From: an uncultured Bacteroidales bacterium
GTDB taxonomy: Bacteria > Bacteroidota > Bacteroidia > Bacteroidales > JAUNSR01
Assembly: GCA_947074105.1 (NCBI GenBank)
Contig: CAMTON010000006.1
Span: 3,445 to 67,444 of the forward strand
Direction of reading: 5' to 3'
Length of the DNA: 64,000 bases
Every line of letters begins with the position of its first letter. Position 1 is the first letter of the stretch. A model generated the notes under the pieces. The model did not search any database, was not told the origin of the DNA, and was given only the letters and a program-made list of their open reading frames with translations. Below are positions 45,601 through 54,460 of the stretch, in pieces. The translations under genes and the position numbers were made by a program.

Positions 45601-45930
45601 ATGGGTACAAAAGAATTAATCAAAGGCTCTTTTATAGCTAAAGAAAGAGTCGAATATGCAAATGAAAGCATAGTAAGTCAACAGATAATTAAAAACAGTG
45701 CGGGAAATATTACTCTTTTCTCGTTTGACAAAGATGAACAGTTAAGCGAACATACAGCTCCGTTTGATGCTCTGTGTCAGATATTAGACGGAGAAGCTCA
45801 GATTCGTATTGCCAATCAGACATATACACTTAAAGAGGGAGAGATGATTATCATGCCTGCAAACATACCACATGCCCTATATGCGGTAAGCAGGTTTAAA
45901 ATGATGCTGACAATGATCAAAGGCAATTAG
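45601..45930 (+). CDS. cupin domain protein
   Basis: 109 aa. Cupin motif region LSEHTAPFDALCQILDGEAQIRI...MIIMPANIPHAL. Confidence 0.75.
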   Translation: MGTKELIKGSFIAKERVEYANESIVSQQIIKNSAGNITLFSFDKDEQLSEHTAPFDALCQILDGEAQIRIANQTYTLKEGEMIIMPANIPHALYAVSRFKMMLTMIKGN

Positions 45931-46029
45931 AAAGAAGAAATAATCATTAAAAAGATATTTTCATTTTGAAGTGCAGCTCAAAAGTTTTATGTGAAATGCA
46001 TCCCGGAAAATTGGACGGTTAATCATATT

Positions 46030-46173
46030 TTAAGCAAAAGATTGGAACTGAGCTCGGTATTGTACCGGGCTCTTTCCTTTTAATCTATGCTTTATTCTTT
46101 TATTGTTATAATATTCTATATACTCACCCAAAGCCCGCATTGATAATTTTAAAAAAAATTCACTTTTCAATGT
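46030..46173 (-). mobile_element. IS3-family transposase (OrfB, rve domain) C-terminal remnant
   Basis: Minus-strand translation TLKSEFFLKLSMRALGEYIEYYNNKRIKHRLKGKSPVQYRAQFQSFA* matches the conserved IS3 tail (..TLKSE.. / ..EYI.YYNN.RI...L.G.SPVQYR). No upstream catalytic region or inverted repeats are present. Confidence 0.6.
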
Positions 46174-46265
46174 TACACTCTGTTTAATTATTCGTATAAC
46201 TATACAGAGGCAGGGATAAATCGCATGATTGCCCGGAATTGTAACAAATTTAATTGAAAAGAAAA

Positions 46266-48590
46266 ATGAAAAATAAACGCTCTTATATTTTAGCCGGATT
46301 ATTAGTATGTGTAATAATGAATAGCTTTTCTCAGGTACTGACTGGTAATGTGACGGACACCTCCGGCAATCCTGTAGCTTTTGCTAATGTAATACTGATG
46401 AATATGCGTGATTCGGCTTTCATCACAGGAACGGTGACTGATGATGAAGGGCAATATTTGATGAAGTGTAGTGAATCTGCAGACAATCTTATTGTAAAGG
46501 CCTCTTACATAGGTTACGAAACATTTACCGCTTCGTACAATGATCTGTCTTCAGGAAATATCATTATGCATGATGCTTCAACTCAGTTAGACGAGATAGT
46601 GATAAAAGGAAGTCGCCCTACATTCAGAATGGATGGAGGAAATCTTACCGCACAGATACAGAATACTGCACTCAGCAATCTGGGAGATGCTTCGGATGTA
46701 CTGGCTCAACTTCCTTTTATATCAGGCAACGACGGCAGCATATCCGTTTTCGGTCGCGGCGAACCGGTGATTTATATCAATAATAACAGAATGAGAAGTC
46801 TGGATGAACTTTCAAAACTGAAAAGTGATCAGATAAAAGATATTAAGATCATAATGAACCCGGGAGCGGAATATGAAGCATCGGTAAGATCGGTTATTAA
46901 AATCACTACATTTCGTCCCGTAGGCGAAGGATTAAGCGGAATGTTACAGGGCGTAGCTCGTCAGAGACGTGATTTATCTCATACTGAAGCTGCCAGCCTT
47001 AACTATCGTACGGGAGGACTGGATATTTTTGCTTACGGTTATAATAAACTTAACCGCAAAGATCAGAAACAGAATATGGAAACTCAGTTCCCTTTTCAAA
47101 ATGAAAGTTTCAATATTATTGATAACGGAGATATAAAATACAAATTCAAAAGTTGGGAGGCAGAAGGCGGATTCAATTACACGTTCAGTCCTAAACATTC
47201 ATTCGGAATGAGATATACTTTTGATAAAGATGAGAACTCACCTTTCCACAGTTATTTCGATATGACGGCAACGAAGAATGAAGACTTAGCTTTTCAGGGA
47301 ACAACAGCACAGGAAGTATGGCAAAGCGGAGAAAAGCAATATCTGAATTTCTATTATCAGGGACAACTTACAGATAAAGTGCTTTTGCATTTTGACGGCG
47401 ATTATGTTAATGGTAATAAATATGATGACAAAACAACTATCGTGAACGATTATATGATGCCTGATCAGGATGACGATGTACGCAGTAACAGCACAACAAA
47501 CTATGAGTTATATGCAGGTAAACTCTGGTTAAAATCATCACTTTGGAAAGGAAATCTCCTGATAGGGATTGAAAGCAGTTATACAAACAATCACCAGCGA
47601 TTCAATATGTTGTCTGAGGGAATGGAAGATGATATTCCGAGCACTGATAATAAATCCGAACAGACTGCATTCGCACCGTTTGTCTCTTATGAAAAGTCAT
47701 GGGGTGGTTTTACTGCAAATGTCGGTTTGAGATATGAATATGTGGATTTCAGATATTTTCTTGAAGGTATAAAACAGGAAGGACAAAGCAAAACTTATAA
47801 TAACCTCTTCCCTACCGCCTCACTATCATATAACATGAATACCTTTTCCGGATCATTAAGTTACAGCAATACCGTTCAACGCCCTTCGTATAATCAGCTA
47901 CGCAGCAGCATCTCGTATAACAGCCCTTTTACATATGAAGGAGGAAATCCTGCACTTTTGCCTTCTGACGAACATACTTTCAGCTTTCTTTTATCTCATA
48001 AGAATTTTCAGCTTAGCGCCGATTACAGGATTATTAAAGATAATGTATTCTTCACAATGAAGCCTTATGAAGACAAATCTGTCATCTTATTCACAACAAT
48101 AAATCATGATGTAGAACTTTATAATATTTATTTGTCATATTCTCCTACTATTTCTTTCTGGAATCCGGAATTTTCTGCAGGAATGCAGGGACAGCTGCTC
48201 AGCTATGAAGGACGGACCTATAATAAACCTTTATATAATTATTCATGGCGGAATATGCTCAGATTACCCAAGGGGTTTATGGCAGTTCTTAATATAGAAG
48301 GTAATTCGTATGGAGATATGGACCTTTGTACTGTTAAGGATGCATTTCAACTGGATTTAAGCATAAGAAAATCACTGCTAAACGACCGTTTGAGATTAAC
48401 AGTTGGGGCACAGGATTTACTGAATAACCGTCGTGAGCGCTGGAGTATGCGCATTAATGATGCAAGTATCAGTAAATGGAATAATACCGATACCCGTTCA
48501 GTTTATGTTAATGCCGTATATCGCTTCAATTCCGCAAAAAGCAAATACAAGGGAGATAATGCATCCGGCAATGAAATGAACAGACTGTAA
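46266..48590 (+). CDS. outer-membrane beta-barrel receptor with N-terminal carboxypeptidase-regulatory-like domain (TonB-dependent-receptor-like)
   Basis: Signal peptide. VLTGNVTDTSGNPVAFANVILMN (CarboxypepD_reg-like), a plug-like segment, and a long barrel with terminal aromatic pattern ...VYVNAVYRFN. ATG 46266 is preferred over TTG 46254. Confidence 0.7.
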   Translation: MKNKRSYILAGLLVCVIMNSFSQVLTGNVTDTSGNPVAFANVILMNMRDSAFITGTVTDDEGQYLMKCSESADNLIVKASYIGYETFTASYNDLSSGNIIMHDASTQLDEIVIKGSRPTFRMDGGNLTAQIQNTALSNLGDASDVLAQLPFISGNDGSISVFGRGEPVIYINNNRMRSLDELSKLKSDQIKDIKIIMNPGAEYEASVRSVIKITTFRPVGEGLSGMLQGVARQRRDLSHTEAASLNYRTGGLDIFAYGYNKLNRKDQKQNMETQFPFQNESFNIIDNGDIKYKFKSWEAEGGFNYTFSPKHSFGMRYTFDKDENSPFHSYFDMTATKNEDLAFQGTTAQEVWQSGEKQYLNFYYQGQLTDKVLLHFDGDYVNGNKYDDKTTIVNDYMMPDQDDDVRSNSTTNYELYAGKLWLKSSLWKGNLLIGIESSYTNNHQRFNMLSEGMEDDIPSTDNKSEQTAFAPFVSYEKSWGGFTANVGLRYEYVDFRYFLEGIKQEGQSKTYNNLFPTASLSYNMNTFSGSLSYSNTVQRPSYNQLRSSISYNSPFTYEGGNPALLPSDEHTFSFLLSHKNFQLSADYRIIKDNVFFTMKPYEDKSVILFTTINHDVELYNIYLSYSPTISFWNPEFSAGMQGQLLSYEGRTYNKPLYNYSWRNMLRLPKGFMAVLNIEGNSYGDMDLCTVKDAFQLDLSIRKSLLNDRLRLTVGAQDLLNNRRERWSMRINDASISKWNNTDTRSVYVNAVYRFNSAKSKYKGDNASGNEMNRL

Positions 48591-48612
48591 CAGATCAGTG
48601 CAAATTCAAAAA

Positions 48613-48649
48613 AAGCATCATACAGATTCAGTCTGTATGATGCTTTTTT
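48613..48649. terminator. rho-independent terminator
   Basis: AGCATCATACAG / CTGTATGATGCT 12-bp stem, A-run before and TTTTT after. Confidence 0.8.
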
Positions 48650-48808
48650 CCTATATCTATATGCATATCAATCATGTTCACGGATATTTATTATCTCTGC
48701 TATATATGTTGATACAGACCTCCATAAGCATCTGTATACTATTTCTCAAGAGGTACTTTATCTGTGAAACAAAAGTGTATCCGAGATCAGACACTCAGTT
48801 TATGACTA

Positions 48809-50185
48809 TTATGCAGCCAATGCAAGTTCTGACTTTTGAGATTGTTCAAGCTCATATATTTTAGCCTTTTTTCTGAACCTCAGCATAAACAACACTGAGG
48901 CTGCTGTAAGCCCTGCTATAAAACCAACCCATACGCCCATTACTCCGTAACCAAGTATAAATCCACAAAAATATCCGATAGGAATATTAAGCAGCAAATA
49001 AGATATTACAGCATAAATCATCGGAGCTTTAACGTCGGCAATACCTCTCAGTGCTCCTAATGCCACATTCTGTAATCCGTCAGGAAGAAGATAAATTGAT
49101 AATATAATCATCAGATCTGCTGCCATTTTTATTACTTCCTGATCATTTGTAAATAATAAAGGTATCTGAGAGCGGAAAAGAAGTATTAATATATCACATA
49201 TTGCAACTGAGAAAATTGTAAGATGATATGATGCGACAGCTGCTTTTTGCATATCTTCTATTTTACCTAAACCATATTGATGACTCACCCTGATAGTTGT
49301 CCCCGCACTTAATCCGCAAAGTATCATAAATACCATTGTTGAGATATTCATAGCAATCTGATGACTTGCCAGAGTAATGGCACCCAACCATCCTGCCATA
49401 ATAGTTGTAAAGCCGAAAGCAATCTGCTCTACAAGAATCTGACCTCCGATAGGCATTCCTACGTTAAAAAGATTTTTTACGGAAGAAAAAGAGAATGATG
49501 CTTTATTAAAAAATAAAAGATATCTTTTTAAAGAATTTCTTTTAAGAAAAACAGCTATAAATGCAAGAGGCATTAGAATTCGGGCAATAAGCGTTGCATA
49601 CGCCGCACCCAAGACGCCCAGTTCCGGGAAACCGAATTTACCGTAAATCAAAACATAATTAAGAGCAATATTTATCACATTGGTTACAATTGTTATAATC
49701 ATCGCGACTCTGGTATTTCCTATTCCCTCCATAAATTGTTTGAAAGAGAAAAATACTAACATCGGTATCAGTGAAACCAGCATAATTCTGAAATACGGTA
49801 CTCCGTAAGCTACTACTTCAGAGTCCTGCCCCATCAAATGCATGTAAAACGAACCTCCGAACATTATCAGGATTATCAATCCTCCTAAAAGGAGATTCAT
49901 AACAAAAGAGTTTTGAAACAAATTCGCACATTTACGATGTTCGCCACGGGCAGCACTTTGTCCCACAAGAGGAGTCAATCCCATTGAAGTACCCATTATA
50001 AACATCATACCCACCATGAAAATAGCTCCGGCAAACGATACCGATGCCAATTGAGTAGCACCAAGCCGGCCCACCATCATGGAATCGGCAAATTGTACAA
50101 CAACCTGACCTAACTGAGAAAGAATCACAGGTACAGCAACAGCTAAATTCCTTTTATAAAAAGGAAGATACATCTTTAAATTCAT
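48809..50185 (-). CDS. MATE family efflux transporter (NorM-like)
   Basis: 458 aa, 12 TM segments. N-terminus LAVAVPVILSQLGQVVVQFADSMMVGRLG is typical of MatE. Confidence 0.85.
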   Translation of the reverse strand: MNLKMYLPFYKRNLAVAVPVILSQLGQVVVQFADSMMVGRLGATQLASVSFAGAIFMVGMMFIMGTSMGLTPLVGQSAARGEHRKCANLFQNSFVMNLLLGGLIILIMFGGSFYMHLMGQDSEVVAYGVPYFRIMLVSLIPMLVFFSFKQFMEGIGNTRVAMIITIVTNVINIALNYVLIYGKFGFPELGVLGAAYATLIARILMPLAFIAVFLKRNSLKRYLLFFNKASFSFSSVKNLFNVGMPIGGQILVEQIAFGFTTIMAGWLGAITLASHQIAMNISTMVFMILCGLSAGTTIRVSHQYGLGKIEDMQKAAVASYHLTIFSVAICDILILLFRSQIPLLFTNDQEVIKMAADLMIILSIYLLPDGLQNVALGALRGIADVKAPMIYAVISYLLLNIPIGYFCGFILGYGVMGVWVGFIAGLTAASVLFMLRFRKKAKIYELEQSQKSELALAA

Positions 50186-50599
50186 AATAAAATTGCTTGT
50201 TCAGTAAGTCAATACTTATGCAGCAAAGACTTAGGCTTAAGGCAATAAAAAGGTGATGGCGTACGCCGTTTGCGTAACGCAGCTCTCCTGCCATTGGATA
50301 AGGACTATCCGGGAAAACGGATGCTTTGATCACAAAATTACCTGCTGAAGGTTTATTTTTTTCTAAGCATCAGCAAAGGTATAACCTTAAAATATGAGTT
50401 CAAAATAAGGAAAGATAACTTTTTTATTATTAGCTTTTTTTGAGAACATTAAGTAGTTAATCCATACAATCTTCTCATATTGCAATATTAAATAAGATAA
50501 ACATTTACAACTTTATCACAATAATGGATATGAAATAAGCTCACACGACAGCTTATCCTTGTTCTCATAATATTATGTAGTCATTCCGTCTTTTTATGT

Positions 50600-51253
50600 T
50601 TAACCTAAAATCTTCTCCGCCATATGCTTGCCTGCATCAAAAGCTTTTTGAAGATCTTCATTCCAATGCACCTCATGCCAGGCTTCTTTCATTTCCTTTG
50701 GAAACATTCCGAAGTCATAACGATCATAATTCTTCACCTGCATGGTATTTAGAGCTGCGACACGCTCATTCGTCTGATTACCAAAAGCGAAACGTAAAGG
50801 GAATTCAACCCGTTCGAGCATCTCATTTACCCGTTCAGGCAAAGAATCGTTCATTGCATAAATGGTAGTCGTAAACAGTTGTTTTGGAGGAGTCATGCAA
50901 ATATTATTGTAATCAAGCCATGGATAAAAAAGGCGCTCGATAAAAGCCTTGGTTTGAGCAGATATATCCATAAAATAGATAGGAGCTGCAATACAGAGTC
51001 CGTCTGCGTAAGCCGTCTCTTTAAGAATATCTGTAATGCCGTCTTTTATTGCACAGACATCATGATACTTACTGTCTTTCACTTTGCAAGCCAGGCAGGA
51101 ATAACACCCTTTATAATCATAATCATATAATCGGACATGCTTTACTTCAATCTCTTCACTTATATTTTTGACACCCTTAATGAAACTCTCTACTAATTTT
51201 GAGATATTCATCGTTTTACGCGGGCCACCGTCAATTACTATTATTTTTTTCAT
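50600..51253 (-). CDS. flavodoxin-like fold NAD(P)H-dependent FMN reductase / iron-sulfur flavoprotein-like protein
   Basis: MKKIIVIDGGPRK N-terminus, CYSCLAC cysteine cluster, CIAAPIYFMDISAQ. Confidence 0.7.
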   Translation of the reverse strand: MKKIIVIDGGPRKTMNISKLVESFIKGVKNISEEIEVKHVRLYDYDYKGCYSCLACKVKDSKYHDVCAIKDGITDILKETAYADGLCIAAPIYFMDISAQTKAFIERLFYPWLDYNNICMTPPKQLFTTTIYAMNDSLPERVNEMLERVEFPLRFAFGNQTNERVAALNTMQVKNYDRYDFGMFPKEMKEAWHEVHWNEDLQKAFDAGKHMAEKILG

Positions 51254-51550
51254 GTTTCAATACTTATTGTTTTACTTTAATCTCATAGGGGGAATTTCAT
51301 ACTCATGCTAGAATGCTGATAAACCGCAATATTGCATCTTTAGAGACTTTACTGTTGAGCATTGTTTGACAAGAAGATTCTCAATTCAGAGCGAAAAAGC
51401 AGCATGTAACGATCTTCATATGACTCAAATATAAAACACATTGCAGAAGAAAAGGCTCACGGATCCTACTGAAATACCGAGAAAAACAAAAGTGTCCCAA
51501 TGTATAATTATTGAAACACTCTCTTGATTATTGTCTAACTTAAATATCTG

Positions 51551-54196
51551 CTATTTATAAATTTTCTTTATTCTCTTGGTCCCATCAGACATTGTATTTA
51601 CAGAAATAAATATTCCATTGAGACTCTGTTTATTATTTTGTTTTATTCCGTCTATTGAATATAACTCACGGGAAACGACATATACATTTTCATCCACATT
51701 ATCTATTGATAATATTTTATTATCGATTTCAATAACCAATTCATTAATAGAAGTACCTGAAGGAGAAACATAATAGGCTCCGAAGGGTTTTACTTTTACA
51801 AGATTATCTTTTGTTGATAATTTAAGCATCGGACTATTTTCTGCTAAAGAGAAGTAGTATGAATCAACAGGTATATAATTATTTATATAACATGATTTAA
51901 AATCATAAATCTGGTTTATGTTATTTGATAATATACTGTTTTTACCTAAAAATTTAAAATTCCCGTTTCCATAAACTAAAACAGGCTCATTGGCTTTAAT
52001 TTTATTGTCTGATATATAATTGGTTTCTATTTTATTGTTTGCAGAAATAAGAGCAAACGCCTTAACTCCTTGCGGTACTTCACACTCAAATGGAATAGAT
52101 ATTAGTTCAAAACCATTAAGAACACATTCTAATGATGCATTTTCTGCTGTAAAATCTTGATCGAAACAGAAATTACCATTATCTGTATACAAACTCAGAT
52201 TTTTACAAATATTATCATTTATCGTATTTGCTGAGTTGTCTGATAAATCTTTTGATATATAATATACACAATTTTTATTTTTAGATTTTAATTGCCAGTC
52301 TTCATCAGATGGGATTGAGCCAACTTTTCTAAAATCCAAAGAAGTATAAGATATATCTTCCAGACATTCAGATAAATTACTATCATTACTTGAGTAATTA
52401 CCTTCAAATACAAAAGACTTTTCTTTATCAATACTTAAATATACATCGTTTAATAACATTGTTAATTCTGATGACCAATTACCACATCTCAGACTTAACA
52501 GTCCCTTACAACCGTCCTTTAAAACTTCAGGAGAAATATTAAAAATCAAATTAAAATTATCTCTTTTATCGAACACAATATCACCATAATTATGCGAAGA
52601 GACAGCCCCTTTATTATTAATATAATACAGAGTAGTATTCGCAGCATTATAATTCATTGTGGAACTAATATTTTTTACCTGGAAGATCAATTGATTAAAT
52701 CTCTCCGATAATTTTAAGTATGAATTTGAATTTGAAATATTATTGCTAATAAGAGGGGAGTCATGTTTAAATAACACTTTTGTACCACTTAATTTATACG
52801 AAGTTCCAAATGTGTTGTTACTGACAATTTGATTGTCTATCTTATTTAAATTAACAGCATATCCTGTCATATTAGAGATTTCCCTATCCTTATCTTTAGT
52901 AAAAATAAAAGTGGTTACACTAGAACCGGCAAGTTTAGCTTTAGGTCGAAAAGTAGTTTCGGGGATACTAATTTCTGTATCTTTTAGATTTGCGTCATTT
53001 GAAGTAACTATGTATTTTCCATTATTTGTATAGAAAGGTAAATCAAGAGTAAGATCATATACTTCTGACGACGGATTTATAACTACTGTAATAATACTGT
53101 CTCCTGAAGCTGAAATATAGCTTGATCCACAAAGGACTCCACTATCGTCAACAAAACCACAATCAATTCTTTTCTTATTTGTTACATATTTTGAAAATTG
53201 ACCAAGGATATATCCTCTTTTTGTCAATACACCGGAAACTGTACCATAATAACCGTCACCAACCATTCCATAATATCTTTTTGAGGAATAATGAACCCAT
53301 GCATTAACATCAGAAATCATACAATCATTAATTGCTTTTGCAAAATCAAAGGCATCTATATTCCAATTAAAATTCCTTTCGGGAATATTATTATCAGCAT
53401 TCCAATTTATGAGAAACTCAGACTGCCATATTTGTTTCCCCTTTTCTGCCAATATCTTATGTGAAGTTCCGATTCCTCCATATTGATGCCCTGCATAAAT
53501 ATCATATTTGTCGAATATTTCATCTGAGGCCAGAGCATCCACATAGGGTGTTGTTGAAAGCCCAACAGTCTCGGGAGCCATAATCTTACATTCAATAAAA
53601 GAAGAGTAATCTCTTAGAAAATTTGCAATCTGCTGAGGAGTCCAATGACAGCCGGAATATTTAACATCATAGTCCGGCTCATTTTGTATTGATATAGCTT
53701 CAAGTTCAATGCCGTTTTCATGCATAAATTTCACGAACCGGTTAAGAAACAGAGCATAATCCTTATAATTTGCCTCTTTTAGATATCCTATAACTCCATT
53801 AGAATTAACTCCTGAAGTGCTATTATTCGTTTTCCATTGTGCGGGCATAGACCATGGACTCGCAAATATCTTTAAGCCATGAGATTTAGCAAATTTAGCA
53901 GCAGACAGAGCTTGTGACCAACTATTTTCATTATCAGATATAAATAGTCTCATAATATTACATCCTAATGGGCTTTCTTCTCCCCATACCAGGTTCATCT
54001 CTTTTTCACTCATATGTCCATATCCAAACTGTGGACTACAAACAAATCCGCCAAATCCTGTTATTGTCTGATATTCTTTGGTATTATCGATTCTTACTGA
54101 AGCTATATTTTCAGCACTAATTGTGTTATGTATTAAAATTGTCGGAACAATCAATGATATAAATTTTGTTTTGGATATAATGTTTTTCATTACCAT
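51551..54196 (-). CDS. glycoside hydrolase family 30 enzyme with long C-terminal extension and T9SS CTD
   Basis: GH30 blocks TITGFGG, NIMRLFI, IFASPWSMPAQWK, ISIQNEPD. About 450 extra residues of unknown fold. C-terminus ELYSIDGIKQNNKQSLNGIFISVNTMSDGTKRIKKIYK is CTD-like. Confidence 0.75.
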   Translation of the reverse strand: MVMKNIISKTKFISLIVPTILIHNTISAENIASVRIDNTKEYQTITGFGGFVCSPQFGYGHMSEKEMNLVWGEESPLGCNIMRLFISDNENSWSQALSAAKFAKSHGLKIFASPWSMPAQWKTNNSTSGVNSNGVIGYLKEANYKDYALFLNRFVKFMHENGIELEAISIQNEPDYDVKYSGCHWTPQQIANFLRDYSSFIECKIMAPETVGLSTTPYVDALASDEIFDKYDIYAGHQYGGIGTSHKILAEKGKQIWQSEFLINWNADNNIPERNFNWNIDAFDFAKAINDCMISDVNAWVHYSSKRYYGMVGDGYYGTVSGVLTKRGYILGQFSKYVTNKKRIDCGFVDDSGVLCGSSYISASGDSIITVVINPSSEVYDLTLDLPFYTNNGKYIVTSNDANLKDTEISIPETTFRPKAKLAGSSVTTFIFTKDKDREISNMTGYAVNLNKIDNQIVSNNTFGTSYKLSGTKVLFKHDSPLISNNISNSNSYLKLSERFNQLIFQVKNISSTMNYNAANTTLYYINNKGAVSSHNYGDIVFDKRDNFNLIFNISPEVLKDGCKGLLSLRCGNWSSELTMLLNDVYLSIDKEKSFVFEGNYSSNDSNLSECLEDISYTSLDFRKVGSIPSDEDWQLKSKNKNCVYYISKDLSDNSANTINDNICKNLSLYTDNGNFCFDQDFTAENASLECVLNGFELISIPFECEVPQGVKAFALISANNKIETNYISDNKIKANEPVLVYGNGNFKFLGKNSILSNNINQIYDFKSCYINNYIPVDSYYFSLAENSPMLKLSTKDNLVKVKPFGAYYVSPSGTSINELVIEIDNKILSIDNVDENVYVVSRELYSIDGIKQNNKQSLNGIFISVNTMSDGTKRIKKIYK

Positions 54197-54327
54197 ATTT
54201 TTTGAGCAAATTGATTAATAACAAGTACGATTCTTATATAAATTAAAGCATAATAAAAGTTTTATTCTTGGGTAAACTTATATATAAACAATTAATCAAT
54301 TAGACTTAAATTCATCAAAAGCAATTG

Positions 54328-54362
54328 ATTGTTTCAATATTTATATCAATTGTTTCAATATT
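54328..54362. repeat. 14-bp direct repeat ATTGTTTCAATATT x2 (21-bp phasing), candidate operator upstream of the GH30 gene
   Basis: Copies at 54328-54341 and 54349-54362, each preceded by CAATTG-like sequence. They lie between the HTCS stop (54461) and the GH30 start (54196). Confidence 0.4.
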
Positions 54363-54460
54363 ATTATTAAGTATTATAATCATTAAAGACAGTTCGATCT
54401 GTCTGGAGTTTTTTGAATTTGAAAATAAGATCATTTAGTTGAAATGAGAAATATTGAACT

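Noticed and set aside
46172-46177. Third CAATGTTACA occurrence as a possible Crp/Fnr half-site upstream of the outer-membrane receptor gene
   Set aside because: No matching left half-site at N4 spacing. The sequence lies inside the IS3 transposase remnant coding frame (…VTLKSE…), which explains it.
48598-48864. 88-aa plus-strand ORF after the receptor gene
   Set aside because: It spans the terminator hairpin and runs antisense into the 3' end of the MATE gene. Its composition is rich in Cys, His and Ile and looks like non-coding sequence.
50596-50868. 90-aa plus-strand ORF
   Set aside because: It lies entirely antisense within the well-supported flavodoxin-like gene (50600-51253).
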